Below are positions 17,640 through 38,195 of a stretch of 64,000 nt of DNA, piece after piece. Within the stretch, counting starts at the first letter, position 1; each line of letters starts with the position of its first letter. Position numbers and translations under genes: made by a program. The notes under the pieces were generated by a model. It made no database searches. It was not told where the DNA came from and was given only the letters and a program-made list of their open reading frames with translations. The stretch is from the human T2T-CHM13v2.0 reference genome, Homo sapiens, in assembly GCF_009914755.1 (NCBI RefSeq), contig NC_060941.1; one strand, given 5' to 3'.

Positions 17640-18180
17640 AGGTTTAGCAAGAAGCACCCTCATGTGAATACATGTTAACAAAATGTCAGGAAGGAGCATT
17701 GGTGCTGCTCTAATCTAATGTTACTCCCTTGCCCAAAGCCCTTCAATACTCCTTACTGCCCTCTGGATAAAGCACCAACTCCATCCCACGCTCCTTGAGG
17801 CTCTGCATGGGCTGGCTCCATAGCTTTTCCAGCCTGCCTGTACTGTCCACCATACCGCCGTGGCAGCCACAGCTACAGCCGCAGCCTCTTTCCAGCCTCA
17901 GAGCCTTTGCCTGTGTAGTTCCCCTTGCTTAAAATGTTTTTACCCTGCCTCTCCTGACAAATCTAACTTCTCTTCCCACGCTGAGCTCCCTCTGTTATCA
18001 TAGTAAGAGTCCTTTAATTTCTCTTTTAGTCTTTATCTTCAGTCCATTCATTATTCCACTGTGTGATTATCAGTCAGTTTCCTGGGCTAGACTACAGACT
18101 GTCGAAGGACCTGAGAGTTTTCATCTGTCACTGCTGGAGTCTCAGGCTAGCAAAGTACCTGGCATGGAGATTTCTGCCTA
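17640..18180 (+). mobile_element. L2 3' fragment
   Basis: aaagcccttcaatactcc...cctcagagcctttgcc...ggctagactacag...tacctggcatggag L2-like motifs. Confidence 0.55.
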
Positions 18181-18421
18181 TCTATCCATCTATCTATAGG
18201 ATGTGTGTGTGTAATGATTAGAAAGCTAAGAAATGTGATAGAAAAGGAGTGTGAGAAGCCTAAATAAACTTTGGGAAGATTAAAAAAAAAAACAACAAAC
18301 AGCTTTGGGAAGGTAAGAATAAGGATCAGGGACCAAGAAACTAAATTCAGCCAGGAGCCGTGGCTCACGCTTGTAATCCCAGCACTTTGGGAGGCTGAAG
18401 TGGGTAGATCACTTGAGGTCA

Positions 18422-18700
<279 letters not shown>

Positions 18701-19800
18701 TTAAGCATCTTTACCACAATAAAATGATAGAAGTACATACAGTAATGCATATATTAATTAGCTCCCTGTAGCCATTCCACAATGTATAATACTTCAAAAC
18801 AACGTGTACACAATAAATATATACAATTGGGACACTGATTACCATTACATGTCCAAATATTGCTTCCACTCCACCTTCTGGAACTCTCATTGCATTTATC
18901 TTGACCCTCTCATTCTATTCTCTATCTCTTTGAAACTTTCTTGCATTTTCCCATCTCTATATTTCTTTGAGCTACATCCTGGGTAATTTTTCAGATCTGT
19001 CTTCACTAATTCTGTCTTTGGCAGTGTCTGCTGCTTAACCCATTCACTAAGATTATTATTTCAATTATTGTAGTTTCATTTTGAGAAATGAATAGACTAG
19101 AGAGGGTTTCTTTTGTTTCTGCCTGGTGCTGGGGGACATCACCAAGCCAGGCTAAAGTAACTTTTTGTGCCATCCCCTAACATATACACATAGCAGTATG
19201 AATTCTGGCCCATTTTGAGGGACTGTGAATGTGAGATAGTGGTGAAGATTTCTCTGCCCCTTCCCATTCTCAGGCTGAGGCTGAGACCAGCACATATCTC
19301 TAACATCTTTCTCTTGGGGAGGGGGCATTCCTCAGAACTGAGAGTGTTCTTCTCCTGGGGTCGCAGCTTTATAGAATGAGGAGGGACTCTCTAGTCAGAC
19401 CTCCCACCCAGCTCAGGCCCCAAGCTTTGTCTCCTGCCTGTGGTCCATTAAAAGCCAGCCCCAGAGCTTCTAAGGATGGCCAATGTCCTTAGGAAATAGA
19501 CAGGGTCCATCCCTGCCTTTCCTTTCTGGATTTGTTTCTTTCTCTGGGTCTCTGTGGATTTCTCTTTTTGCTAGATCAGAAATATATTTTAAAAACTCGT
19601 TTTCTTGTTCTATTTTCTCACCATTTTACATGTTTTGAGCTTACAAAAGCCTTCCCTGGACCTCAGGTCTACTCACTGCCAGAGAAGCTCATCCCTCAAT
19701 TCATCTAATCCTTTAGACTTTCCACGCCATTTCACTCACTAGGCCCCTAGCCCCATCTCTCACCTACTTCATGCTGCAGCACAGCGTATTTCCTCTATCT

Positions 19801-20479
<679 letters not shown>

Positions 20480-20485
20480 TAGTAG

Positions 20486-20806
<321 letters not shown>

Positions 20807-21125
20807 TGAACTCCTGACCTCAAGTGATCTGCTAGCCTCGAACTCCCAAAGTGCTGGGATTACAGGCATGAGCCACCACGCTCAGCCGGCATTCCTTTTA
20901 TACATACTTTTTTTAAAAAAAATTTCTTACAATTGAGTGGTTCTCCATGACAGTGGAGCCACTCCCAAAGGGAAATTTTGAAACTCTGAGGGGATGTTTT
21001 TGTTTCCCTGGGTAGTCATGCCAAGCCTTTACATATTAAAATATTGTATTGTAGGGCAGGGCGCGGTAGCTTATGCCTGTATTCCCAGCACTTTGGAAGG
21101 CCGAGGTGGGTGGATTATAAGGTCA

Positions 21126-21311
<186 letters not shown>

Positions 21312-21343
21312 CTACACGACAGAGTGAGACTCCATCTCAAAAA

Positions 21344-21380
<37 letters not shown>

Positions 21381-21433
21381 GTATTGTAACTTATTTTTCT
21401 CTCTCCTTTATATTTGTATTGTTTTGTTTTTGA

Positions 21434-21622
<189 letters not shown>

Positions 21623-21825
21623 TAAGCCATGTTGCCCAGCTTGGTCTCAAACTTCTTGGCTCAGGCGATCCTCCCACCCTCCCAAAGTCCTGGGATTATA
21701 GACGTGAGCCACCCCACGTGGCTTCTCTCCTTCATATTATAGTTAGGACATATTATCTGTGGGGTAACTATATGTAGTTTATATTTTCTACAAACATCTT
21801 CAAGGTAGTAAATGGAATGTTACTA

Positions 21826-22632
<807 letters not shown>

Positions 22633-22676
22633 TCAATTATCCTTCAATAAAGTGGTTAAAAAAAAAAAAAGATTTA

Positions 22677-23063
<387 letters not shown>

Positions 23064-23143
23064 TCAGGGTAATACAAATCAAAATCACCATGAAATACCA
23101 CTTCACCCTCACTATGATTGCTAGAATCAAAATGACAAGTATC

Positions 23144-23390
23144 TGGCTATGGGTGGGCAAACTAGTTGATTTTCCCGAAAAAAGCTAAAACTACAAAGAA
23201 GATTGTGCCAAGCCTTGAGTGTGTTGAGCCCAACTGCAGAACAAAGAGAATGCTGGGTATTAAGAGATGTAAGCATTTTGAAGTGAGAGGAGATGAGAAG
23301 AGAAAGGGCCAAATGATATCCAGTTCTAAGTGTCATCTTTTGTTTTATAATGAAGACAATACAATATTGGGGTTATGTTCACATAAAAAA
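23144..23390 (+). pseudogene. 5'-truncated processed pseudogene of ribosomal protein L36a (eL42)
   Basis: Translates to [48 protein letters not shown], matching the RPL36A C-terminal half, with frameshifts; short 3' UTR and A-tract; abuts an old L1 fragment (23015-23140). Confidence 0.85.
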
Positions 23391-24125
23391 GTCTCCAGAC
23401 AATCTCTGGCTCTTTCTAAAAATCAAACTATCTTTTAAATGGGTGAATTGTATGGTATAATATTAACAGATGGTTTCCCCATCTCCCTTCCCCAGACAGA
23501 CTCCTGATTATGACAAGGACTATGTTCCAAGGGTATCTGCATTCCCCTCACCCAGAATAAGCTTTGTTTACAATAAGTACCCCATTATATATTGGCTGAA
23601 TTGAATGAACTGGAAATCAAACTCAGGAAGCATTTCCAAAAGGATTTCCTTTAAACATGTTTTTAATTTTTAGAGACAGGTTCTTGTTCTGTCGCCTGGG
23701 CCTCCAAAGGTACGGTGATTACAAGCACGAGCCACTGAGTCTGGACTTTTTGCATTTTTAAATTGATATATCATAGTAGTATGTAAGCTTTTCCCTTTTT
23801 AAAACTACTATGGGCCAGGTGCCGTGGCTCACACATGTATATCCCAGCACGTTGGGAGGCTGAGGTTAATGGATCACCTGAAGTCACGAGTTCGAGACCA
23901 GCCTGACCAACATGGTGAAACCCTCTCTACTAAAACATAAAAATTAGTCGGCCAGGTGCAGTTGCTCACGCCTGTGATCCCAGCACTTTGGAAGGCTGAC
24001 GCAGGCAGATCACCTGAGATCAGGAGTTCAAGCCCAGCCTGGCCAAAATGGTGAAACCCCATCTCTACTAAAAATAAGAAAATTAGCCAGGCGTGGTGGC
24101 AGGTGCCTGTAATCCCAGCTACTCA

Positions 24126-24414
<289 letters not shown>

Positions 24415-25429
24415 TCAAACAAAAGAAAACAAAACAAAACAAAACCAACAAACTACTATGTCAGAACCTAAAGGTGATCATTCAAAGTAGTCATTTTAGA
24501 ATGCAATGAATGAATTTCAATTCTATAGTCATTGTTAAGAGCAGGTTAAAATCCTTTAGGGGCCAGGTATGGTACTCATTTTTGTAATCCCAGCACCTTG
24601 AGAGGCCGAGGTGGGAGGATCACTTGAGGCCAAGAGTTCGAGACCAGCCTGGGCAACATAGCGAGACCCTATGCTACAAAAAGTTCTTTTAAAATTAGCC
24701 AGCTGACCAGGTGGGGTGGCTCACGCCTGTAATCCCAGTACTTTGGGAGGACGAGGCAGGCAGATCACCTGAGGCCAGTCTGGCCAGCATGGCGAAACCC
24801 CGTCTCTACTAAAAAATACAAAAAAGTAGCCAGGTGTTGTGGCGGGTGCCTGTAATCCCAGCTACTCAGGAGGCTGAGGCAGGAGAATCGCTTGAACTCA
24901 GGAGGTGGAGGGTGCTGGGAGCCGAGATCAAACCATTGCACTCCAGCCTGGGCAACAAGAGGGAAACTCCGTCTCAAAAAAAAAAAAAAAAAAAAAATTA
25001 GCCAGCCGTGGTGGCACATGCCTGTACAGCTACTTGGAAGGCTGAGGCAGAAGGACTGAGTCCAGGAGGTCAAGGCTGCTTTGAGCCATGATTGAGCACC
25101 ACTGTACTCCAGTCTGGGAGACAAGAGCAAGACCCTGTCTCTAAAAATAAAAATGCTTAAAGGAAATCCTTCCTGAGTTTGATTTCCAGTTCATTTGACT
25201 CAGCCAACATATATGTGGTACTCATTGTGTACAAAGTTTATGCTGGATTAAGGGAACACAGCCAAGAAAAAACACCAAGGAAGCCTGTTACTATCACAAA
25301 CTAAATAGTAGTACAGCTTCTCACTTCCATGGAAATTTAAAGACACAGTTCACAAGAAACAAGCAAGGAGAAGCCAAACACGGCCACAGACAATCACATT
25401 GGCTACTTCCCATTTGACAAAGAATAACA

Positions 25430-25592
25430 CAGGGGAAAGTGTGAACACAGTCGCCCACTACCACAAATTATGCAGTTGAGTATCCCACATTTGGGGAAAT
25501 CACAGGGGCCAGCAAACACAGAATGCAATGAGTGAACCTTGCCCTGGGAAAACCACCTTTGTGGTCAGGGTATCTTCCCTGCCCGGTAAAGT
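25430..25592 (-). pseudogene. U1-like gene C, probably inactive
   Basis: Full-length U1 alignment; 5' ACTTTACCGGG; canonical U1 CpGs decayed to TG/CA; PSE kept, but the DSE position is occupied by an Alu. Confidence 0.85.
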
Positions 25593-25636
25593 GGAAGGCA
25601 TGGTTGTTGCCTGACATCTCACCCTCAGATTCAAAA

Positions 25637-25655
25637 CACTCTTCACATAGGGTCA
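25637..25655 (-). promoter_or_regulatory. PSE of U1-like gene C
   Basis: TGACCCTATGTGAAGAGTG at -63, close to the RNU1 PSE TGACCGTGTGTGTAAAGAGTG. Confidence 0.7.
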
Positions 25656-25788
25656 CTCTTCTTGCACAAGTTCTAGCCTGCTACTTACAAGATAAAGACT
25701 TTTCCAAAGTTTAAGAGCCAGAAATGGCTGGGCACGGTGGCTCACGCCTGTAATCCCAACACTTTGGGAGGCCAAGGCAGGCAGATCA

Positions 25789-26058
<270 letters not shown>

Positions 26059-26107
26059 TTATCCAGATGGGCCTAATGTAATCACAGGGTCCTTAAGGGA
26101 AGGACAC

Positions 26108-26673
26108 TGGAAGACAGTGTGGCGATTCCTCAAGGATCTAGAACTAGAAATACCATTTGATCCAGCAATCCCATTACTGGGTATATACCCAAAGGATTAT
26201 AAATCATGCTACTATAAAGACACATGCACGTGTATGCTTATTGCAGCACTATTCACAATAGCAAAGACTTGGAACCAACCCAAATGTCCATCAATGATAG
26301 AATGGATTAAGAAAACGTGGCACATATACACCACGGAACACTATGCAGCCATAAAAAAGGATGAGTTCATGTCCTTTGTAGGGACATGGATGAAGCTGGA
26401 AACCATCATTCTGAGCAAACTTTGCAAGGACAGAAAACCAAACACCGTATGTTCTCACTCATAGGTGGGAATTGAACAATGAGAACACTTGAACACGGGG
26501 TGGGGAACATCATACACCAGGGTCTGTCATAGGATGGGGGAAACGGGGAGGGATAGCATTAGGAGACATACCTAATGTAAATGACGAGTTAATGGGTGCA
26601 GCAAACCAACATGGCACATGTATACATATGTAACAAACCTGCACGTTGTGCACATGTACCCTAGAACTTAAAG

Positions 26674-26720
<47 letters not shown>
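26108..26720 (+). mobile_element. 5'-truncated L1PA (ORF2 C-terminus + 3' UTR) with (AAT)n tail
   Basis: ORF 26117-26464 WRFLKDLELEIPFDPAIPLLGIYPKDYKS = L1 ORF2; ends CTAGAACTTAAAGTATAAT; 17-bp TSD. Confidence 0.95.
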
Positions 26721-26722
<2 letters not shown>

Positions 26723-26799
26723 GAGAAGGACACTGGAGCCAGGCGCCGTGGCTCACACCTGTAATCCCAGCACTTTGGGAGGCCGAGGCAGGTAAATCA

Positions 26800-27094
<295 letters not shown>

Positions 27095-27367
27095 CTAAAT
27101 TGTTAGCTTTGAAAAGGAAAGGGCTACAAACAAGGAAAATGTGAAGGTAACACTCCCTTAGAGCCGCCAAAGGTATTCAACTGCGTACTTCTGATTGTAA
27201 TGGCAAATCACTGTAGTACTCAATGACAACACCAACCACGAGGGGTGTGAGACCAAAAGCGTGTGTGGAGAAAAAAATGACCATTAGAAGGCATCAATCT
27301 CTCGCTATTCCAAAACAGGAGGTTACAATATAACACAGGAAAACCTACGAAGCAAAGATACAACGTA

Positions 27368-27381
27368 CGCCTTTTATAAAC
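27368..27381 (-). terminator. snRNA 3' box of U1-like gene D
   Basis: GTTTATAAAAGGCG, 9 nt downstream of the CCCCTG 3' end. Confidence 0.65.
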
Positions 27382-27390
27382 AAGCCAGAT

Positions 27391-27555
27391 CAGGGGAGAG
27401 AACCAACATAGTCCCCACTACCACAAATTATGCAATTAAGTTTCCCACATTTGTAGAAAACCACAGGGGTCAGCACATCCACAATGCAAGAGACAAACCT
27501 CACCCTGAAAAATCCACCTTTAATGATCATGTTATTTCCCTTGCCAGTTAAGTAT
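27391..27555 (-). ncRNA. U1-like variant snRNA gene D
   Basis: Full-length 165-nt U1 alignment; 5' ATACTTAACTG (C8A); Sm site intact; PSE, octamer and 3' box all present; internal CpGs decayed. Confidence 0.85.
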
Positions 27556-27597
27556 GAGTCCCCAGCGCTGCCTGAGAGTTCACCCTTAGATTCAAAC

Positions 27598-27616
27598 CAC
27601 TCTAAATATAGGATCA
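27598..27616 (-). promoter_or_regulatory. PSE of U1-like gene D
   Basis: TGATCCTATATTTAGAGTG starting at -61. Confidence 0.7.
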
Positions 27617-27754
27617 TTTTTCTCATGTGCTCTTTAGACCCCCTAATTTCTGGAATAAAGATATTTTCCAAACTACAATAACCCAGCACCTGTATTTTTA
27701 ATATCTGGCTATTCAAAATCTTAAGAAATATAAGCCTAGGGTGCAAATAGCCAG

Positions 27755-27776
27755 CAGTCACTGCGCTTATCTACAT
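27755..27776 (-). promoter_or_regulatory. DSE of U1-like gene D
   Basis: ATGTAGAT at 27769-27776 followed by AAGCGCAGTGACTG, similar to GGGGCGCAGTGATTG in gene A. Confidence 0.7.
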
Positions 27777-28767
27777 ACTCCACACCCCTTTGGATGATCT
27801 CATTCAGTATGTCCTTTCCTAGTATGCTTGGTGACACGACTGAAATAAAACTTAAAAATGCTCTACAGATTAAAAGGTAAATAACGTAAACTAGCTCCTG
27901 CCTTTAAGGGTTTGGCACTAATGATGCCACTATGGTGTCTTTTTTCTTTTTTTTTCCCCCCAGAGACAAAGTCTTGCTTTGTTGCCCAGGCTGGGGTACA
28001 GTAGTTATCGAACTTCTGGCCTCAGGGGATTTTCCTGTTTCAGTCTTCCCCAGCAGCTGCAAAAACAGGCGCGCACGGCTTTCTTGCGCAGTTAAACAAG
28101 CTGCTATACACGTAACCTGAGTAAGTTTGAAAACATGAAATTTGGTAAAATTATTTCTGAAAATCCAGTCTACATATCTGAAAATCCAATCTCTGTATAG
28201 GTTACCTACCAGTCCAAAGTGTCATGCTTACATACAAAATGCTGTCTTTCAAACATGCAGCAAATGATCAATCTTACTTGAAAGATCAATTGCACAAACG
28301 CTAATTCTAATTTTGAATGAAGCAGGCCGGACGCTGTGACTCCTGCCTGTAATCCCAGCCCTTTGGGAGGCCAATGCGGGCAGATCACTTGAGGTCAGGA
28401 ATTCGAGACCAGCCTGGCCAACATGGTAAAACCCTATCTCTAATAAAAATACAAAAATCAGCTGGGCATGGTGGCAGGCACCTGTAATCCCAGCTACTCA
28501 AGAGGCAGGAGAACCTCTTGAACCTAGGAGATGGAGGTTGCAATGAGCTGAGATCACGCCGCTGCACTCTAGCCTGGGCGACAGAGCAAGACTCTGTCTC
28601 AAAAAAACCCCACAAAAACCAAAAAAACAAATTAGAATTGGAGTTTCAGAGTTAACAGTGTTCTTCAATTGTCTTTCCAAGATCACACTAGAACCACCCT
28701 AATATCCCACATCTTTTATTTTACAGAAGGACTCTTCTGGTATCTTCTCTTCTGCCAAAATAAATTA

Positions 28768-29161
<394 letters not shown>

Positions 29162-29386
29162 CTAAACAAGCAACAACTGAGAACATAGAGGTGTCTTAGA
29201 TGGGGAGAAAAAGAATATTGGGACAAGGAGGTAGGGGATTCTGTGATGCAACCAGACACTTGTTCTCAAGTCTGATGTTCTGACAGTCTATCAGTTTTAT
29301 TTTTATATACTTTCCTTTTCAAAGAAGTATTATGTAATATATATATACATACACACATATGTATATGTATGCTCTATAAATTGTCA

Positions 29387-29800
<414 letters not shown>

Positions 29801-30918
29801 TTACCACCAAACAATTCTTACAACCAAAATGCCAGTTTCAGAAGATTTGTGACTAGCAGTGCCTTCTTCAGGCTAGAGTGCAGTGGCACCATCACAGCTC
29901 ACTGCAGCCTTGACCCCCAGGGGTCAAGTGAGCCTCCTGAGTAGCTGGGACTACAGGCACACACTACCATGTCTGGCTAACTTTTGTATTTTTTGTAGAG
30001 AGGGAGTTTCACCATGTTGCCCAGGCTGGGCTCAAACTCCTGGGCTCAAGCAATTGACCCGTCTCCGCCTCCCAGACAGTTGGGATTAGAGGCATGGAAC
30101 CACCATGCCCAGGCCACAGAGTCTTTCTTTTTTTTTTTTTGTGACAGAGTCTTACTCTGTCGTCCAGGCTAGAGTGCAGTGGTGCCATCTCAGCTCACTG
30201 CCACATCTGCCTCCCAGGTTCAAGCGGTTCTCCTGCCTCAGCCTCCTGAGTAGCTGGAATTACAAGCACATGCCACCATGCCCGGCTAGTTTTTGTATTT
30301 TTAGTAGAGATGGGTTTTTGCCATGTTGGCGAGGCTGGTCTCGAACTCCTGACCCCAAATGATCCACCTGCCTCAACCTCCCAAAGTACTGGGATTACAG
30401 GTGTGAGCCACCACGACCACTCCTCCAACCAGATTTCAAAGTGTGTTTTATTTCACAAAACAAAATGTTGATAATTTACAGGCCCACCTCAGCTTCCCAA
30501 AGTGCTGGGATTATAGGCGTGAGCCACCATGCCCGGCTGCCCAGCCTACAGAGTCTTAAGTGGCTCATGAATCCTCACAAGTCCCAGTTTCAATGTTTCA
30601 CAAAAATTTCATTGCTATTGGCCTAGTTATCAAAATATCTGTTCAAGGGAGTCAGCCTTAGGCAAAAAGATGTCTGTCCTCCACTGCCTTGTAACTCTAA
30701 GCAAGTTAAGAAAAATGTTACTGTTATAATCCTCACAGAGGTCCTGCATACCTTAATATCCTTTGAGAAGAGCCTCATTTCTTTGATTAGAAAAAAATGA
30801 GGAGCTGGATGCGGTGGCTAACACCTACAATCCCAGCACTTTGAGAGGCCAAGGTTGCAATGTGTCGAGATCGCGCCATTGCACTCCAGCCTGGGCGACA
30901 GTGCGAGAGTCTGTCTCA

Positions 30919-31276
<358 letters not shown>

Positions 31277-31326
31277 CTAACATAAGTAAACATATAAAAT
31301 CTTTATAAACTGAATCTAGTAGATTA

Positions 31327-31958
<632 letters not shown>

Positions 31959-32001
31959 TCATATAGAAGGGGAAGGAACTGATTATTTCAAAGACTGCTC
32001 A

Positions 32002-32386
<385 letters not shown>

Positions 32387-32498
32387 CTACTCTGGAGGCT
32401 GAGGCAGGAGAATCACTTGAACCAGGGAGGCAGTGGTGGCAGTGAGAAGATCGTGCCACTGCACTCCAGCCTGGGCGACAGTGAGACCCTGTCTCAAA

Positions 32499-32545
<47 letters not shown>

Positions 32546-33194
32546 AAAGCTTTCTTCCTCCTACCACTTATTTTTTAAAAACTCATATAGATTAATAGGG
32601 AGGCAGAGGTGGGCAGATCACCTGAGGTCAGGAGTTCGAGATCAGCCTGGCCAATATGGCAAAACCCTGTCTCCACTAAAAAATACAAAAATTAGCTGGG
32701 CGTGGTGTCTCACACCTGTAATCTCAGCTACTCAAGAGGCTGTGGCATAAGAATTGCTTGAACCCTCAAGACAGAGGTTGCAGCACGCAGAAATCATGCC
32801 TAGGTGACAGAGCAAAACTCAGTCCCCCAAAAAATCATATAAATAGTCAAATGTTGAAGGAATGGATGGTTAGAAAATAAAATTAAAAATTAAAAAAGAT
32901 TCAAATGTAGATCTAAACCATATGTAGAAATAATACGAATGAAAAATCCATTTATAATTTTGTATAGACCTTCTAAACATGTTACCAAAGTCAGAATACA
33001 AAAATTGAATACATTAGATTTGGCCTAGTTTTGAAGGACCTGTTTTGAAGCACGTTGGGAGGCCGAGGTGGGTGGATCACCTGAGGTCAGGAGTTCAAGA
33101 TCAGCCTGGCCAACATGGTGAAACACCGTCTCTACTAAAAAAATACAAAAATTAGCTGAGTGTGGTGGTGCACACCTGTAATCCCAGCTACTCA

Positions 33195-33320
<126 letters not shown>

Positions 33321-33531
33321 TCAGATTTGACAGATAAATAGTAGTTAATTAGGTGAAGGAGGGAGAGGTAATATTATAGACATATGCAAACACTGTTGAG
33401 GGATGAGGTCTAGCACACACAAGGAACTAAGAAAAGGCCAAAGTAGCAGGAGTATAGGAAGCAAATGGGAAAGAGGAAAAGGAAGAAGGTAAAGAGGAAA
33501 AACAGGGGCCAAAACATGCAAGCTTTTTTTA

Positions 33532-33750
<219 letters not shown>

Positions 33751-34671
33751 TCAGGAGGTTGAGGCAGGACAATCGCCTGAACATGGGAGGTGGAGGTTGC
33801 AGTGAGCCGAGATCACACCACCGCACTCCAGCCTGGGCGACAGGGCAAGACTCTGTCTCACAAAAAAAAAAAAAAAAAAAAGATCAAAATAAGGAGTGAC
33901 ATAACTGAAATGTACTGTAAAAAGATCATGCCAGGAGGATCATGGTGGCTCGCACCTGTAATCCCAGAACTTTGGGAGGCCGAGGAGTCCTTGTGACCAG
34001 GAGTTCAAAACCAGTCTGGGCAACACCTTGTCTTTACAAAAATTTTTAAAAATTAGCTAGGCACGGTGGCATGTGCCTGTTAGTCTCAGCTTCTTAGGAG
34101 GCAAAGGCAGAAGGATCTCTTTCTTGAGCCCAGGAGTTCAAGGTTGCAGTGAGATATGATTATGCAGAGTGAAAGGGAAGGAGGTGTCAAGGATGATTCT
34201 AGGTTTATGGCTTATGCAAATGGAAGGATGGATATGTGGTTCATGGAGGCAGGAAATGCAGGAAGAGGGCAAGGTTCTGGGAATGGGGTGAAGGTAATGA
34301 GTTAGGCTGAGTTGGAGGAGACTTTGAATTGTCCAGTAGGCAATTAGATATTTGCATCTGGACGGCAGAGGGTCAGGGCTAGAAATACAAATTTGAGAGT
34401 CACTGCCATGCCCAGGTTATGGAGGATGTGCTTGCAAAGCAAACAGAAAAGCCAAATATGTAGAAAGGAAATCAGAAGTGTGGCATTAAAAAAGCCAAGT
34501 AAGAGAATGTTTCAAAGAGTCGTGGACAACAAATACATATTGGGCTTCTATTATGTATAAGGTCCTGTAAAATTGATACTGCTAGTATATATGTCTGAGG
34601 CCTTAAAGAAGCTTTATCATAACCACCTCTAAAGCTATGCCTTTATTCAGAGGTTTTTCTCCTCAGTCTGA

Positions 34672-35355
<684 letters not shown>

Positions 35356-36011
35356 CACACCTGCCTAAGTTTTGTATTTTTAATAGAGACAGGGTTTCAC
35401 CATGTTGGCCAGGCTGGTCTTGAACTCATCTCAAGTGATCCACCCACCTAAGCCTCCCAAAATGCTGGGATTACAGGTGTGAGCCACTGCACCCGGCCGT
35501 GGTCACCATTTTTTAAAGTTCTATGTTCTTAGGCTAAAAAAAAAATAAACTTCTCCCCAGCTATAACAAAAATTTCATATTATTCCTCTCCTATGTCTCC
35601 AGAAACAGCCTAGTCAACCTGAAAATGTCTCGTTATTGGAATACTCTGACAGGTTAACTATAGACATTAACAGCAATAGGTCCTTCCTACCCTTAGAATT
35701 ACATCAAGATAGCTACACAAGTCAGAAATGCAACATGTCAGAAATACTCAATAAAGATCCTGATAGATTATAAGCTCCATGAGGGCAGAGAATCTATCTT
35801 GTTTACCCTGTCATCTGGCACATAACTAGCATTTAATCAATATTTAATCTTGTTTTAGTGATCTAGTCTTCAGAGTGCTAATCCTGAATGTAGACCCCAG
35901 TCATAGGATTACTGTGGATCAAGTCAAAGAAAATAAAATATATAAAAGTACTCTACTTCGGCACTTTTACAATTATAGACTTTTTTTGTTTTGTTTTGTT
36001 TTTGAGACTGA

Positions 36012-36164
<153 letters not shown>

Positions 36165-36697
36165 TAGTAGAGACGGGGTTTTACCACATCGCCCAGGCTG
36201 GTCTTGAACTCCTGACCTCAAGTGATCTGCCAGCCTCAGCCTCCTAAAGTGATGGGATTACAGGTGTGAGCCACAGTGTCTGGCCTAATTGTAAACATTT
36301 TTAAAAAACGTCTCAGCATTAGCATTCTGCTGAGCTAGGTATTCTATAAGGATTTATTCCAACTGAATATGCGCATTAGAATGCTGTAAAAACTGAGAAA
36401 CAGACTCAGATTTATTATGTACTTTTTTGTGTGATAAGTACTGTATATGTGTTAATTTAATCTTGACCAAAACCCCAGGAGATATTATCTTCTACTTGCA
36501 GGTGAGGAGACTGAGTAACTTGCTGAAGGTCACATAGTTGGTAACTTCCAGACATGTGATACAAATCCAAATCTGTGTGACTCCGCAGCCCATGCTGGTT
36601 TGCCCATAGCAATGTCTCTCAAATTTTTTCATGAAGTAACCTCAAGTTGCAAGAAAAACCAAAACATATTCCCGGGGGGGGTTTGGGAGATTACTGA

Positions 36698-37001
<304 letters not shown>

Positions 37002-37631
37002 TAGCCAGGATAGTCTATCTCCTGATCTCGTGATCCGCCCACCTCGGCCTCCCAAAGTGCTGTGAAACAGGCGTGAGACATCACGCTCAGCTAATTTATT
37101 TATTTTTAGAGGGAGTCTCTCTCTGTTTCCAGGCTAGAGTGCAGTGGCCTGATCTCACTCACTGCAACCTCTGCCTCCTGGGTTCAAGCTATTCTCCTGC
37201 CTCAGCCTCCTAAGTAGCTGGGACTATAGGCACACATCAACATGCCCAGCTAATTTTTGTGTTTTTAGTAGAGACAGGGTTTCGTCATGTTGGCCAGGAT
37301 GGTCTTGATCTCTTGACCTCATGATCCACCCGCCTTGGCCTCCCAAAGTGCTAGGATTACAGGAGTGAGCCACCGTGCCCGGCCTACCCCATGTTTTATT
37401 AAAGTTTATTTTCTTTTTCAAAAATTTTAATGATTTATCCACACTACACAGATGTAATGTCTGCTTAATATAAACCATTTCAAATGACTTAGGTAAATCA
37501 TTTAACTCTTCCCTCCCTGAAAGATTTTTTTTGAGAAAAGTGATTACACAAGAAGGTGCACCTTCCATATTTATCCCATAGCTTTGTTTAGTTCCTAGTG
37601 CGTGGTTTCAAAAACCTGGATCCCAGTTTGA

Positions 37632-37895
<264 letters not shown>

Positions 37896-37996
37896 TAGTA
37901 GAGACGGGGTTTCATCATGTTAGCCAGGATGGTCTCGATCTCCTGACCTTGTGATCTGCAGAAGATATTAATAGCACTTAAATTATACAGCTATAG

Positions 37997-38195
<199 letters not shown>

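Noticed and set aside
23166-23438. 90-aa ORF as a functional ribosomal protein
   Set aside because: Lacks the N-terminal half and an ATG, is frameshifted at both ends and has an A-tail: processed pseudogene
26117-26464. 115-aa ORF as a gene
   Set aside because: C-terminal piece of L1 ORF2 in a 5'-truncated element
27390-27761. 123-aa ORF over U1-like gene D (and similar ORFs over genes A and C)
   Set aside because: Chance ORFs overlapping snRNA sequence and promoter
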